Notes: generated from the sequence alone by a model not told the origin. A stretch of DNA of 64,000 bases from Hyaloraphidium curvatum SAG 235-1 (GCA_025558095.1 JAIVFI010000036.1:62001-126000); one strand, 5' to 3'. Counted from the stretch's first letter, positions 45,566 to 57,115 are shown. Program-made: numbers and translations.

Positions 45566-47467
45566 ATGGCCATGACGGCACCGGGCCTCGCTTCCGCCCT
45601 CCTGAGGACTGTGTTGCGGACTTCACCTTGCTATTCTTCTCCTGCACGGACATTCGCTGCCTCTGCTGCCGCCCGGGACGGGGCAGCCTCGGGCGGACCG
45701 CCGCCGGAACGCTTCGACGCCGACAACGTCCACAACATCTACCTCCCCCTGTCGGCGTTCCTCGCGAACGATCCCGTCCCTTGGCAGCGCCGCAACCGCC
45801 CGTCGATGGCGGTGCTGGGCCACGACTCGTGGCACGAACCCGTGGCGCTCCAACCGCTGCAGCCCAACAAGATGCCGCCGGTGCCCAAGCAGTACTACGG
45901 CGCGCTGCCGACGGATACGGCACAGCAGTTTGCGCAGCTGAGGGTGCTGCTGAGGACGAGGGGCGATCCGGCGCTGGCGTGGGCGCTGTTCCGGTTCGCG
46001 ACGGAGAGCGAGGGCCGCGCTTCGTACGCGGCCCGGAAGCGCCGCCCGAAACCCGGCGATCCTTCCTCGGCGGATGACGCGGGCCACGCAACGAGCACGG
46101 CGGCCGAACGGGCCCGCTCGCCGGCCACGAGCCTCCAGCCCGACGACCGCACCGGCATGCTCGAACTCCTCCTCCTGCACCCCAACCCCCTCTTTGCCGT
46201 CCTCGCCGCCATGTGGGTCATGGCCTGCCCCGCCTACGCCCCCGTCGGCGATTCCTCCACCCCCGTGCCGCTGGACCGCCGCGACCTGCGGCTGCTCCTG
46301 TCCGTGCTCGCGAGGGGGGCGCAGCCGGACTACGCGCGCTACGTGTACGCGAAGCATTTCATCGGGCCCGAGGACGAGGAGGGGGCGGCATCGCGGTCGG
46401 TGCAGGCAAAGGGGAAGGCCAAGCCCGACCTGGTGGCCGCAAAGGCGGTGCTTGCTGCAATGGTGGACGGCGACCTGCGCCGCGCGGAGGGGCACGAGGA
46501 GCTGGACGCACCCAAGCGCTCCAAGTGGCTCGCTGAAACGGGGTTCTCCCGCGACTCCGAGTTCGACGGCGTCCTCGGCTGGTGGTCGTGGATGTGCGGG
46601 GACCTCGACGCGGCGCTGTCGGAATCCACCGCGGACCAGGGCAGCGGTTCGCCCGCCGCCCGCCGGCAGAAGCTGTGGCGCCAAGGAGACGGCGAAACCT
46701 GGGCGCTCCTCCTGACCTGGCTGGCCAGAACGGACCGCCGCACGGCGTCCCGCATCTGGGACTTCCTCCGCCTCCCCGGGCCCGAAGGCGACGGATGGCG
46801 GGACCGCCTCCTCCGCGACCGCCGCGTGTGGGAATCCGCCTTCCCGCTGTACCTCCAGCCGACATCCACGCAGTCTGCCCTCGCCGACGCCGCCCTCGCC
46901 TTCCTCGAGGAGATGCTCCCGCGGTGCCCCCCCGCCGAAACCACGCACGACGCGATCCTCTGCGGCATCGTCGACGCCACCCTCGCGTCGGCGGAGAAGG
47001 GCGCCAGGGAGGGCGTGCAGGCCGCCGAGTGGGCGTGGCGGGAGCTCGTCCTGCGTCCGCTCGTGCCCGGCGGGCCGGTGAGGCCGTTCCACAGCTCCGG
47101 CGAGGCGATGCTCAGGTTGTACGACCGCTATTCTGCCTCGGCGGCGGATGCGGAGCTGGAGGAATGCGCCGGGCGCGCGTGGGAGGTCTGGCAATTGATG
47201 GACGGGGAGCTGCGGCTCAAGCCGACGCTCGAGGCCGTCAACCGCGCTCATGCGGTGCTGCGAAGGGCGGCGAGGAGGCTCGGGGGGGAGGTGTGGCCGG
47301 GGAGGAGGGACGAGGTGGAGGCGATGCGGAAGGCGCTGGTGCTGAGGAGGGCCAAGGAGGAGGACAGGGAGGTGGAGCGGGCGAGGAGGCGGGATGGGGG
47401 TGGGAGGGGGGCTAGGCGGTATTCGGGGGCGGATGGAGGGGCAGGGCGGGGTGGACAGCGATATTGA
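45566..47467 (+). CDS. Hypothetical helical-repeat (PPR-like) protein, possibly mitochondrial
   Basis: Arg/Ser/Ala-rich presequence-like N-terminus; DGETWALLL, AWEVWQLM...LKPTLEAVN PPR-like segments. Confidence 0.5.
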   Translation: MAMTAPGLASALLRTVLRTSPCYSSPARTFAASAAARDGAASGGPPPERFDADNVHNIYLPLSAFLANDPVPWQRRNRPSMAVLGHDSWHEPVALQPLQPNKMPPVPKQYYGALPTDTAQQFAQLRVLLRTRGDPALAWALFRFATESEGRASYAARKRRPKPGDPSSADDAGHATSTAAERARSPATSLQPDDRTGMLELLLLHPNPLFAVLAAMWVMACPAYAPVGDSSTPVPLDRRDLRLLLSVLARGAQPDYARYVYAKHFIGPEDEEGAASRSVQAKGKAKPDLVAAKAVLAAMVDGDLRRAEGHEELDAPKRSKWLAETGFSRDSEFDGVLGWWSWMCGDLDAALSESTADQGSGSPAARRQKLWRQGDGETWALLLTWLARTDRRTASRIWDFLRLPGPEGDGWRDRLLRDRRVWESAFPLYLQPTSTQSALADAALAFLEEMLPRCPPAETTHDAILCGIVDATLASAEKGAREGVQAAEWAWRELVLRPLVPGGPVRPFHSSGEAMLRLYDRYSASAADAELEECAGRAWEVWQLMDGELRLKPTLEAVNRAHAVLRRAARRLGGEVWPGRRDEVEAMRKALVLRRAKEEDREVERARRRDGGGRGARRYSGADGGAGRGGQRY

Positions 47468-47578
47468 CGGTCGGGACCAGGGCTGTTGCCGCGACTGTGT
47501 TCCCGAAGGCGAGCAATCATGATCCGATTCCCCTTCTCTCTGCCCCTGGCGCGCTTCACACTCTCCATGCACCCGCGA

Positions 47579-49681
47579 CTAGATCAGCAGCGCCTTGATC
47601 AGCAGCTTGATCGACGCCCCCTCGATCGACTCGGTCTGCTTGTTCTCGTGGTTGATCTCCCACGTGCTCACGGTCGGCAGCGTGCCCAGCAGCGTGACCG
47701 TGTTGCCCGACCAGAAGCTCACGTACCCGTCCTCCTGCAGCAGCATGATCGCGTTCGAATTCCCCCCCGTCCCGCTGTTCCACAGGCCGTACTGGTACTC
47801 CGACCCCGCGTAGATGGCCAGCGCGCCGTCCTGCGTGAACATCGCCTTGCACTTGCTCCCCGCAGCGACGGCGGTATCCGACTGCCACACCCACGAGCCG
47901 TCCATGCGGTACATGATCAGGTCGCACGCCGTCGTGAAGTTGAGCGTGTACTGCGAGTCCGGGGTGCGCAGCATCTGTCCCGGGTAGAGCACCGAGCCGC
48001 CCGTCATGCTTGACCCGCGGACGACGTCGGTGGAGGTCTGCCAGGTGCGCTGGCCGGATTGGCTGGTGATCATGAGGTTGCCGTGGTCCGTCAGGGACAG
48101 GGTGTAGTTGCCTTGCGGCCCGGGCGTCCCGGCGATCCACACCGTGGTGCCGTTGGGCGCCACGAGAACCAGCTCCCCCGTCCTCTTGAGGACGAGGGTC
48201 GAGTTGGGGGCGCCGACCTCGTAGTAGTACATGGCTTCGGCGTAGTAGTTGTACTCCTGCACCAGGGGGGGAGCCGTCCAGAGCGGATTGACCGGGTTGG
48301 GGTTGTTCTGGTACAGCCAGAGGGAGCCCGTGGTCGGGGACAGGTAAAGCTTGTACAGGCCGTTGGAGGATTGGAGGAACCGCCCCGGGCGGAGCGCGCC
48401 GCCGGCAGAGATGCGGTTGTTGGAGCTCACGACGGGCCCGATCTGCCAGACACATTGGTAGTCGGCCGTGAACATCATCAGGTTGCCGTCGTTGGTGACG
48501 ACGACCTCGATGCCCCGGGTGTTGGAGGTGAAGGACTGCCACAACGTCCTGTTGCCCGCTTTGTTGAGCACGACGAGGTTACCGTCCCCCAGGAACTTCA
48601 TGTACGCGCCGGGGTTGCCCCAGGTGCCGGTCTGCCAGATGGGCGTCGAGGTCGGGGCGAAGTAGAGCGCGGCGTTGCCGTTCGGCAACATGGTCAGGCG
48701 GTAGAAGCCGTTGCCGGACACGAGCTGCTGGCCAGCCCGCAGGATCGACTTGGTGCCGTCGTTGGCCCTCAGCTGCGAGTTCTGTGGGTTGCTCGTGTAG
48801 GTCTGCCAGTAGAACCTGGACGGGTTGGTGCGGTTGAAGATGACGAGGTTGCCGTCCTCCTGCATCTGCAGCACGTTGCCCGCCGTCGGCCCGGGCGTCG
48901 AGGTCCAGAGCACCGTGCCGTTCGGCGCCCGCACCGACAGAACGCCCTGGAGGAAGCGAGCCGACGAGCCGGCGACCTCGGTCCTCGTCTCCCAGAGGAA
49001 GATTCGCGCGCCGGTCGAGGGTGTCTGGGCAAAGAGCTGCAGCGCCCCGTTGGCGTTCATCTGCAGCCAGTAGTACCCGTTCTTTGACCTGAGGAAGTAT
49101 CCCGGGCGGAGCCATTCGCCGGGGAGCAGGTTGGGCTTTGCCGAGCGCTTGGCCGCGATGCGCGTCGACCAGATGTGCGGCCGCTCGGGGCCGTAGCCGA
49201 CGACGGCGTTGCCGCTCATGAGCATGTACAGCGCGGCGCCGGGGTTGCCGGCCGTGCCCGCGGCGGACCACAGCGCCGACGCCCCGCCCGAGGCCATCAC
49301 GCCAAACATGCCCGAGGAGGTGACGGTGGCGTAGGCGCCCTTGCCGGTGGTGTTTGCCTGCCACAGCACGGCGCCGGTGGCGATGCGCGTCAGCGCGAGA
49401 TTGCCCGTGGAGGTCATGGCGAGCATGAAGGTGATGCTGGGGTCGCACAGGCAGTGGCCGCCGATGGTCAGCGTCTGGCCGGCGACGAGCGAGTCGTCCC
49501 AGCCGGGCTGCCACTGCGAGCCGCCGCAGCAGTTCGGCGCCGCGCCGGGGTCGGCCGAGGCGGGCAGCAGCAGCCCGGCGAGGAGCAGCAGCGCGAGTCC
49601 GAGGCGGGGCATTCTCCGCGGCGCGCGGTTCCACGCCATCGCCCCGGCGGGCGGCAGCGAAGCGGGTCCGGAGCGGGCCAT
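47579..49681 (-). CDS. Secreted multi-domain bulb-type (GNA/B-type) mannose-binding lectin; intronless
   Basis: Signal peptide; repeated L.SxNG.Y.L.M, QEDGNLVIF, GDGNLVV, NDGNLMM, QDGALAIY, W[QE][TS]xT motifs. Confidence 0.88.
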   Translation of the reverse strand: MARSGPASLPPAGAMAWNRAPRRMPRLGLALLLLAGLLLPASADPGAAPNCCGGSQWQPGWDDSLVAGQTLTIGGHCLCDPSITFMLAMTSTGNLALTRIATGAVLWQANTTGKGAYATVTSSGMFGVMASGGASALWSAAGTAGNPGAALYMLMSGNAVVGYGPERPHIWSTRIAAKRSAKPNLLPGEWLRPGYFLRSKNGYYWLQMNANGALQLFAQTPSTGARIFLWETRTEVAGSSARFLQGVLSVRAPNGTVLWTSTPGPTAGNVLQMQEDGNLVIFNRTNPSRFYWQTYTSNPQNSQLRANDGTKSILRAGQQLVSGNGFYRLTMLPNGNAALYFAPTSTPIWQTGTWGNPGAYMKFLGDGNLVVLNKAGNRTLWQSFTSNTRGIEVVVTNDGNLMMFTADYQCVWQIGPVVSSNNRISAGGALRPGRFLQSSNGLYKLYLSPTTGSLWLYQNNPNPVNPLWTAPPLVQEYNYYAEAMYYYEVGAPNSTLVLKRTGELVLVAPNGTTVWIAGTPGPQGNYTLSLTDHGNLMITSQSGQRTWQTSTDVVRGSSMTGGSVLYPGQMLRTPDSQYTLNFTTACDLIMYRMDGSWVWQSDTAVAAGSKCKAMFTQDGALAIYAGSEYQYGLWNSGTGGNSNAIMLLQEDGYVSFWSGNTVTLLGTLPTVSTWEINHENKQTESIEGASIKLLIKALLI

Positions 49682-50313
49682 CGGCGCCGGGTGTTCGAGG
49701 CGCAGCACCTCCGCGCTGGAAGAGTTTTCCGGGAAGAAAGGGCCGGGGCTGTGTGGGGGGGCGAGGGACAGCAAGGGACGACGACGTCAGCCACATCCAG
49801 GATCGGCCGGCCGCACCGATCCCGCCCGCACCCAGCGGATCCTTCCCTGCGGCCATTCTGCAGGCATCGTCGCCTTTTGATCCATTCGGCTCTTCAGCAG
49901 GGTGGTCCGGCGCCAACAGACGCAGGGCTGCGGCCAGTGCGGGGTGCAACCTGGAAAGCCTCCAAATAGGAATGGTCCGCCGTGTCCTGGCCGCCGTGCC
50001 CCGGCTTTCCTCTGACACGCTCCGCTTCGGCGATGAGCATGCCCAGCGCACCCTGTGGTCTATTCTGGAAAGCGTGCCGCCCGGCGTCCGGGAGCTGGAA
50101 CCTCGATCTTGAAGCCCCGCGCGGCGGACTACATTCCCGAGGACCTTCTCGGGTCCATGAAGGGCCGTTGGACGTGGATCCGAAGCTGATCTCATGTTTC
50201 CGCGGCCGAATCGGCCATCGCGCACCCAAAAGACGTGGGTCATGCTGCTCTGTCTCTCTGGGCCTATTGGATCCCTTGCTTCAATCTCCCCTCCCGCCCG
50301 TCCGCTCGCCGCG

Positions 50314-51858
50314 ATGTCCCTCAAACTCGCCGCGACCGGTGCGCATCGCGTGCTCCACGCGGTTCCCGGCGGAACCTGACGCGCCCCCGCCCCCGGCAGC
50401 GCTGGTCGTTGTCCCGTGGACGCTCGCGTCGGTCCCCGCCCGCCGCCTCCTCGAGTCGCTGGGCCTGCTCCCGCGCGACAAGAAGACGGGGCACTGGAAT
50501 CTCGTACAGGACCTGCTCAATGTGGGCAGACCCGGCGGCCGTAGGGGCGCGGAAACCTAAACGCGTGCCCGCCCGCCGGCAGACAATCATGCGGCGGCTG
50601 CTCGCCTACGCCAACGTGATGCGCCCGTCCGGCGCCGTGCCAAAAAGGAGAGCCCGGATCCACGGCTCGAAGGCCCGCCTCCCGGACGGCCTCGGCTACG
50701 CCACGGCGCTGGTCCCGCGCCGCAAGTTCGACGGCGACCCGCTCGAGGGGCTCGAGGACCCGATACAGGCCGAGATCGTAACGAGCGCCGGTCTGGAGGG
50801 CGTGCCGAAGGACGAGCAGATCGTGGTGCTGAACTTCCACGGGTGAGGTCGCATTTAGCGGATCTGCCGCGAGTTCCCATTCACGACGTCGGGTTCGTTC
50901 CAGAGGAGGCCACACGGTCGGCGACCCGACCCAAGTCCGTCCGACGAACGTAGAATTCGCCAAGCTGTTCAAGACGGCAAAGTGCGTAGCGCCGACCTAT
51001 CGGCTGGCGCCGGCCGAAAAGTACCCGTGCGCGCTGCACGACGCCGTGTCGGCCTACCTCGTGGGTCGCTGGCGAGCGTTTTCTGCCTGCCCCGCCGCTC
51101 ACTTCCTCGCCTTATTGCAGTGGCTCACGGAAACCGAAGGCTACCCGTCCTCCCGCATCGTCGTCGCCGGCATCTCCGCCGGCGGCAACATCGCCGAATC
51201 CCTCGTCCTCTACCTCCTCCAAAATTCCTTGCCGCTCCCCCGCGCCTGCATCCTCTTCACGCCGACCATGGACCTCACCAATTCGTCCCCCTCCCGGCGC
51301 ACGGCCACCAGCTGCATCCTGCCCGGCTGGCCCATCACCAGCGTGCCCGACGACCCGCCCTTCCTGCACCCCTACTCCCCCTCCCTCGCCGCCTCGACCG
51401 ACCCGCTCGTCTCCCCGCTGTTCGCGAAACCGGACCCGAGGCACCCGCCCACCTACCTGCAGACCGGCGACGTCGACCGCCTCCAGGACGAGGTCCTCAT
51501 CCGCTTCGTCCAGCTCGCCACCTCGGGCGTCCCCGCGGCCTGCGAGATCTACGGCGGCGGCACGCACACCGTGTCCAACGAGCTGCGGTTCAACCCGCAG
51601 GCGAGGAGGATCCACGAGCGGGCTGCTGCGTTCGTGAGGGGGGTGTTTTCGGGGGAGGCGGTGGGGGGCACGCTGAGCTTCGTGGATGGGGAGTGCAACG
51701 CGACGGATTTGGAGGGGTTGAAGGGGGCCAGGGAGTGGTTGGTCAGGGACCTGGACGAGTACGCCGGGCACGTGGAGGGGGGCAAGGAGAGGATCCGGAG
51801 GGCCTGGGAGCAGAACGGGTATCTGAAGGTGTGGGAGGCCGCGGTTGGAAGCGGGTGA
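50314..51858 (+). CDS. Hormone-sensitive-lipase-family alpha/beta hydrolase; multi-exon
   Basis: VLNFHG|GG, YRLAP...YPCALHD, VAGISAGG, SPL, QTGDVDRLQDE, GGTH. Confidence 0.85.
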
Positions 51859-51942
51859 TTGTTGCGGAAGCTTCGGTTTCTGAAGCGAGTAGAAGCGGGG
51901 TCGAGGTGACGTCACACCAACTCACCAACGGCCGAACGGGCG

Positions 51943-52560
51943 ATGGAGGAAGAGCTGGTCCCCGACCTCCCTGCCGAGGTCCTCTACCACATCGCGGAGT
52001 ACCTTCCGCGCCGGAGCGTGCTCGAGTTCGCCCGCGCCTCGCGGGCGACGCTGGGCCTGCTCGCCCCCGTGCTCCCGCAGATGGCCGCGTCCGCGGCCGT
52101 CATCATCGCCACCGAGCTCGTCGGCATCGTCGTCTACGTGTCCACGGGGGTTTGCATCCCCGCGTACACCCTGGGGGTCGCAGGGCTCGGGCTGATCGTG
52201 ATGGGGTATGTGCTGACCAACGCCGTGGTGGGCAACGCGCGCATCGCGCACCTCGGCTCTGCTCCTCTCCGCCTCGCTCTCCCTCCGGAAGCTCCTCTCC
52301 TCCCTCGAATCCTCCCCGCCCTCGCCGGCCGGGAGAGGCTCGCGCGCCGGCTCGCGGCGCACGCGGCCGTGCTGGACCGCATCGCGGACGTCCGCGGCGC
52401 CGGGGCGCGGCTGCTCGGGGCGCCGGTGACGGCCGGGCTGGCGAGGAGGCTGCTGGCGGGGGGGCTGACGGCGGGGTTCGCGGCGTGGACGGTGTTGAGG
52501 GCCACTGGGGTCGCGGTGACGATGCAGTGCGTGTGCCCGTCGCAGGGGGCGGCGGTGTAG
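51943..52560 (+). CDS. F-box protein with hydrophobic segments
   Basis: DLPAEVLYHIAEYLPRRSVLEFARASR; two TM-like stretches. Confidence 0.6.
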   Translation: MEEELVPDLPAEVLYHIAEYLPRRSVLEFARASRATLGLLAPVLPQMAASAAVIIATELVGIVVYVSTGVCIPAYTLGVAGLGLIVMGYVLTNAVVGNARIAHLGSAPLRLALPPEAPLLPRILPALAGRERLARRLAAHAAVLDRIADVRGAGARLLGAPVTAGLARRLLAGGLTAGFAAWTVLRATGVAVTMQCVCPSQGAAV

Positions 52561-52949
52561 CGCGGGTATGGATGGTGGGAGCACGGCGCAATCGGATGCT
52601 ATTTTGGGGGCGACGTGTCCGATCCCGTGAACGCTGGTGGTTCTTTGCTGTCAACGCTCCCGAGCTTGGAAACAGAGTAGTCGGGACACTCCTGCTTGGA
52701 TGCTTTCCAAGTTGCGAGGGGACTTCGGCGCCCCGATGCATTGATCCGCATCATCTACGACTTGATGTCGCAGTAGCGTATGCCCACCTTGCCTGCATGG
52801 CGGGACAACTGACGGAACTGATCGAGCGATCGACCCACGGCCGGGCGAGCAGCGCGTCTGGGAAATGCCGAGAAACTCAACTTCAATAAGCAAATCAATC
52901 GATTAGATTACATTTTTCACTCCATTCCCAGAGCCAGAGCCCGTGTCCA

Positions 52950-54275
52950 TCACGCCCACCCCGCGGTGCTGCAATCCGCGCCCGTCCAACCCGGCGAGCA
53001 CACGCACGCGCCGGAGACGCACCGCCCTGTGGCCCAGTACACGCCCTGGCCGCAGCCGGTGGGGCAGCCGGCGGCAGCGGAGGTGGTGGATGTGGTCCGG
53101 GAGGTGGTCTGCGTCAAGGAGGTGGCTCTGCGGGTCGTCGAGGAGATGGCGGTCGTCGAGGTCGTCGGGGACGAGAGGGTGGTGCTGGCTGGCTTGGTCG
53201 TCGTGGATGCGGAGGAGGAGGAGACTGAGGAGGTGGCGGAGGTGGCGGAGGTGGAAGACGACGAGGCGGTCGAAGAGGGCGAGGCGCTGGTAGTAGGGCA
53301 CTGAGTCACCGTCGTAGTCTGCGGAGGAATGCACCGTCAGTCAAGCAGTCCGACGAGAGACACGATCGCACGCACCTTGGTGACGTAGACGGTGATTGGC
53401 GAGCCGGTGACAGTGGCACTCGAGGCCGTGCTCATCGCCGAAGAGCTCGCGGCCGTGCTCGTCGAGCTCGCGGTGGCCGTTGTCGAAGAGCCGCCGCCAA
53501 ACATCGACCCCTCCTTGTACGCCTTGGCCCCCGTGCACTCCTCCATCGTCACCAGCGTGTACCCCTTCTTCCTGATCTCCACAATGACGTCCGCTGCGGC
53601 GTCCACCGTCCACGAGTTGATGTCGTGCATCAGCGCGATCGGCCCGCCCTGCGTCCCGGGCGCGGGCAGCGCCTTGGCCCACGACACCATCGCCGCGGCG
53701 GACTGGTCCCGCCAGTCGAACGAGTCCTGGCTCCACACGGAGATCGAGAGGTTGAACTTGCGGACGGCGGCGCCCGTGGGGGCGTCGATCTCGCCGTACG
53801 GCGGGCGCATGGTGGCGGGGCGGCGGGAAATGGCGGAGAAGATGGCAGTTTCGGTGCGGTTGAGCTCGGAGGTGACGGCGGAGGCGGAGATGGTGGGGAG
53901 GTACGGGTGGGTGAAGGTGTGCGAGGCGATCTGTCGCGCGGGGAGCGAAAGGTGAGCGCCTGCAAGGAGACGTCGCGGCAGCAATCTCACCTGATGGCCC
54001 TCGGCAAAGGCGCGGGCGACGACTGCGGGGTAGTCCTGCACGTTCTGGCCGATCACAAAGAAGGTGACGTGCGCGGCGGCGGCCTTGAGAGTGTCGAGCA
54101 GGCGCTCCGTGTGCTGGGCGGGGCCGTCGTCGAAGGTGAGGGCGAAATGCGCGGGGTTGATGCACTGCTTGAAGTCGAAGACGCCGGTGTCGGCCCAGTA
54201 GGCGCGCCGGGCGAGGGGGGCGGCGGCGGCGAGGGGCAGGGCGGCGAGGGCGGCGGCGGCGGCGAGGAGCTTCAT
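52950..54275 (-). CDS. Secreted chitin/polysaccharide deacetylase (CE4/NodB) with Ser/Thr linker and C-terminal EGF-like domain; multi-exon
   Basis: ALTFDDGP, HQ|IASHTFTHP, MRPPYG, DSFDW, IALMHD; CVSGACVCSPGWTGADCS. Confidence 0.92.
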
Positions 54276-54945
54276 CTTCGCGGGTGGTGGTTCGGTCGGA
54301 GTGTGAGTTGATGGCGATTGACGTCCGGGAAGGCCGTGCTTTATACCTCGATGCGCGGTCCGTGTGACGGTACACGAGCGGAGTTTGGAGGGCGGTTACA
54401 CAAGCGACTCCACCGCGCCTGCACCGGACCACGCAGCCGGCTCCGGCCCTCCCGGCCCCAAGCATTCCCCGCACAATCCTTGTGTTTCTGCCTGCCAACG
54501 ACGTTCCATTTCGGTCTTTGAGGAAGCGTGAGGGGCACGAAGTTATTGCGCCGTAGCGGGTCGGATACACGGCAAGCTACCAATTGCAGAGTCAGAATCT
54601 ACTGCCACTGACTAACCAGGCACACGACATGCCGCCCATTAATGGCAGCCGACAGGGCCCTCTCCTGGTGCCTGATGTGTCCGACTTCGCGCCTCCAAAG
54701 CGCGTGCAGCGCCGCATGGGCAGCTTCGGGAGTCCCCCGTTGCCTCAACCGTGGATCACCCCACGGCTGCGGGTCGCTTTCGTTGCTCTCGTCGCTGCGA
54801 GGCAGTTGGCGGTCAAATTCGGCCGCGGGCACCGCGCGGCAAGCCCACCTGTCTATGTCCGAAATGGATGGTATGTCGTCGTCCGAGATGGAGTTGGCGT
54901 TGGCAAGGGGAACCTCGCTGGTCTCTACGTGGCGCATTCCTTCGT

Positions 54946-55722
54946 CTAGTTCACCGCCGCTGTGGATCCCAGATGAAGGAACTGAGGGCTTTTTGCGTTA
55001 CGAGGAGGAGGTGCAACCCACCCGTCCGAAGAAGCGTCCGAATCGTCGTCCCCGAGGTACATGCCCACACGGTTGTCCTTGTTGCCAAAAGCTTCGCTCG
55101 TGCAGAGCCGCGCCCTGCTGTAGAACTCCCCGAACGCGCCCTTCATGTCGTCCATGCGCGCCTTCAGGATCTCGCATGCCACTTCCGGCGCGACGGCGGA
55201 CACGAGCCCGGAAGCACACTCGAACGGGCCCTGCCTGGCGGCCCGCAGCTTTTTCTTCAGGACGGCCAGCGTCCTGTGCAGGTTGTGCTCCGCGGCGACG
55301 GCCAGGAGCTCCGCTGCCTTCCTCGGAAACCCGCGTAGCTGCGACGCGGGGCCGAGGAGCACCCGGTCGGCCTCCTCGGGAAGATCGGCGACGCCGTACT
55401 TGTCGGCTACCTCGAGCAAGGCTCGAAGCTCTGCGTGGCCGAGATCCTCCATCCTGAAGGCGGGGTCGCGGTACATGAACCTGAGCATGAGGAGGACCAC
55501 CGGAGCCTCATCCTCAGGAAGGGTGCACCGGCCCGAGCGGCCGTCCTTGAAAGAGCCCCCGGCTGCGGCGGCAAAGAAGGGCGAGAAGCGGGAGAGGAAG
55601 ACGCGGTGCACGCGGAACTCGGCTGCGGCGGGTCCGCTGCCGACGACCAGCGTGAAGTCCGGGTGGCAGCCGGGCACGGAGAGGAAGGCCGGAGCAGCGT
55701 CGGATGCCGGGACCGGTTCCAT
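54946..55722 (-). CDS. BTB/POZ domain protein (may splice on into 54959-54540, see findings)
   Basis: PDFTLVVG...FRVHRVFLSRFSPFF...LPEDEAPVVLLMLRFMY...ADKYGV. Confidence 0.85.
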   Translation of the reverse strand: MEPVPASDAAPAFLSVPGCHPDFTLVVGSGPAAAEFRVHRVFLSRFSPFFAAAAGGSFKDGRSGRCTLPEDEAPVVLLMLRFMYRDPAFRMEDLGHAELRALLEVADKYGVADLPEEADRVLLGPASQLRGFPRKAAELLAVAAEHNLHRTLAVLKKKLRAARQGPFECASGLVSAVAPEVACEILKARMDDMKGAFGEFYSRARLCTSEAFGNKDNRVGMYLGDDDSDASSDGWVAPPPRNAKSPQFLHLGSTAAVN

Positions 55723-55989
55723 CGCGTTTTGGGAAGCGAGCGGCAGAAAGGGGTTGAGAGGGGTTGAGAGCTCCGCGAGGGGGGACGACACCCACCTCCG
55801 CGTCCGGTGCCGCAATCGACTTCTCCACTATCGAAGCTGCGATGAGAAAGCCCTGTCTCCGACATCTGTGCATCGGAGGCCTCCCGATGCGTTTCCGAAT
55901 AGGGACCGTGCACTTGATTGATTCACGGGTCCAGACCCGCTGCGCGTTTCACGCAACCTGCTCCTACGACGACCTGAGCGGCATTCAAG

Positions 55990-57115
55990 ATGATGTCCGC
56001 CGAAGGAGCTCCGGGCACCGAACTCGAGGGCGCCCGCTCCGAAACTGCCGATCGCATCGCCGACCGAGAGCGCGCGCTCGCTGGAGGACATGGGCGTGGA
56101 GGTGAGTCCGCGTCCGCGCCGTCCCACCGCGGGCCCTGACCGCCGCCACCCGGAACCCAGGCGTTCTTCGCACGGCCGGCCCCCCGCGCGAAGAACGCGC
56201 AGACAGCCTGCTGGCCGCGGAGATCGGCGCCATCCGCGAGGACGCCCGCGCCGCGCTGGAGCAAGCGCGCAAGGCGCTCGAGGAGGGGCGCGCCGCCCGC
56301 GAGGAGGCCGTCGCCGCCCGTTCGCACGCGCTCGCAGGCACCGGGTCGGCCGAATCGGACGGCCCAGGAGGTGCCGCGGGCGGTCCCACGATCCCGTCTG
56401 CCGCTCCGCCCGGCCAAGCCGCCGGAATCGATGGACCGGAAGCCGACGCCCAAGCCGAAGATCACGAGGCCGATCCTCCCCCGTATGACGATGAAGGAGA
56501 AATCATGTTGGCGGAGGCCGTGACGGTACGACTGCTTGTTTCCCCGGATCGGAGCGGATTGCTCACGCGATGCAGACGCTGCACGCCTACACCGAGGCCG
56601 TGGCCGAACGCGCCCTTGTCGAGACGGCCCTGCGACACTGCAGCCTCGGTCGTCCCGAAACGGACTACGCCGCCAACGCCCACGTGGCCGAGCTCAGGGA
56701 CAACCACATACCCCGGCTCAGCCGCCAGTTCCTGGAAATGGTCCCGGCGGGGCAGCGCGGGATCGCGCTCGAGATCCTGCGCGAGGTCAGGGAGCACGCC
56801 GAGAAGCTGGGCGAGGCCAAGGGGTTCATGGTCTGCATGCCCGTGACGATCCGCGGGGCCGCCGAGGAAGAGGGCCCGGCGGCGGGGGATGCTATGCTGC
56901 GGGCTGCCGCGGCCGTGCAGATGGCCATCAACGTCGAGGGCGCGGCGGTCGACCGGATCATCACCATCGGCATCGCCCGGATCGCCACGACCGTCAGGTC
57001 CGCGGAGGATGTTGTGCACGATGCGATCAATTTCGCAGTAGTGCTGCTGAGCATCATGAAGCGGCGCGATGAAGGCGACGGCGACGGCAACAGCGACGGC
57101 AGTGAGAGCAACTGA
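55990..57115 (+). CDS. Hypothetical protein; multi-exon
   Basis: Coding-like exons separated by GT-AG introns near 56102 and 56526; final ORF 56570-57115. Confidence 0.45.

Noticed and set aside
45540-45580. A second in-window target for the candidate guides
   Set aside because: None found by eye. This is not exhaustive and needs a genome-wide search.
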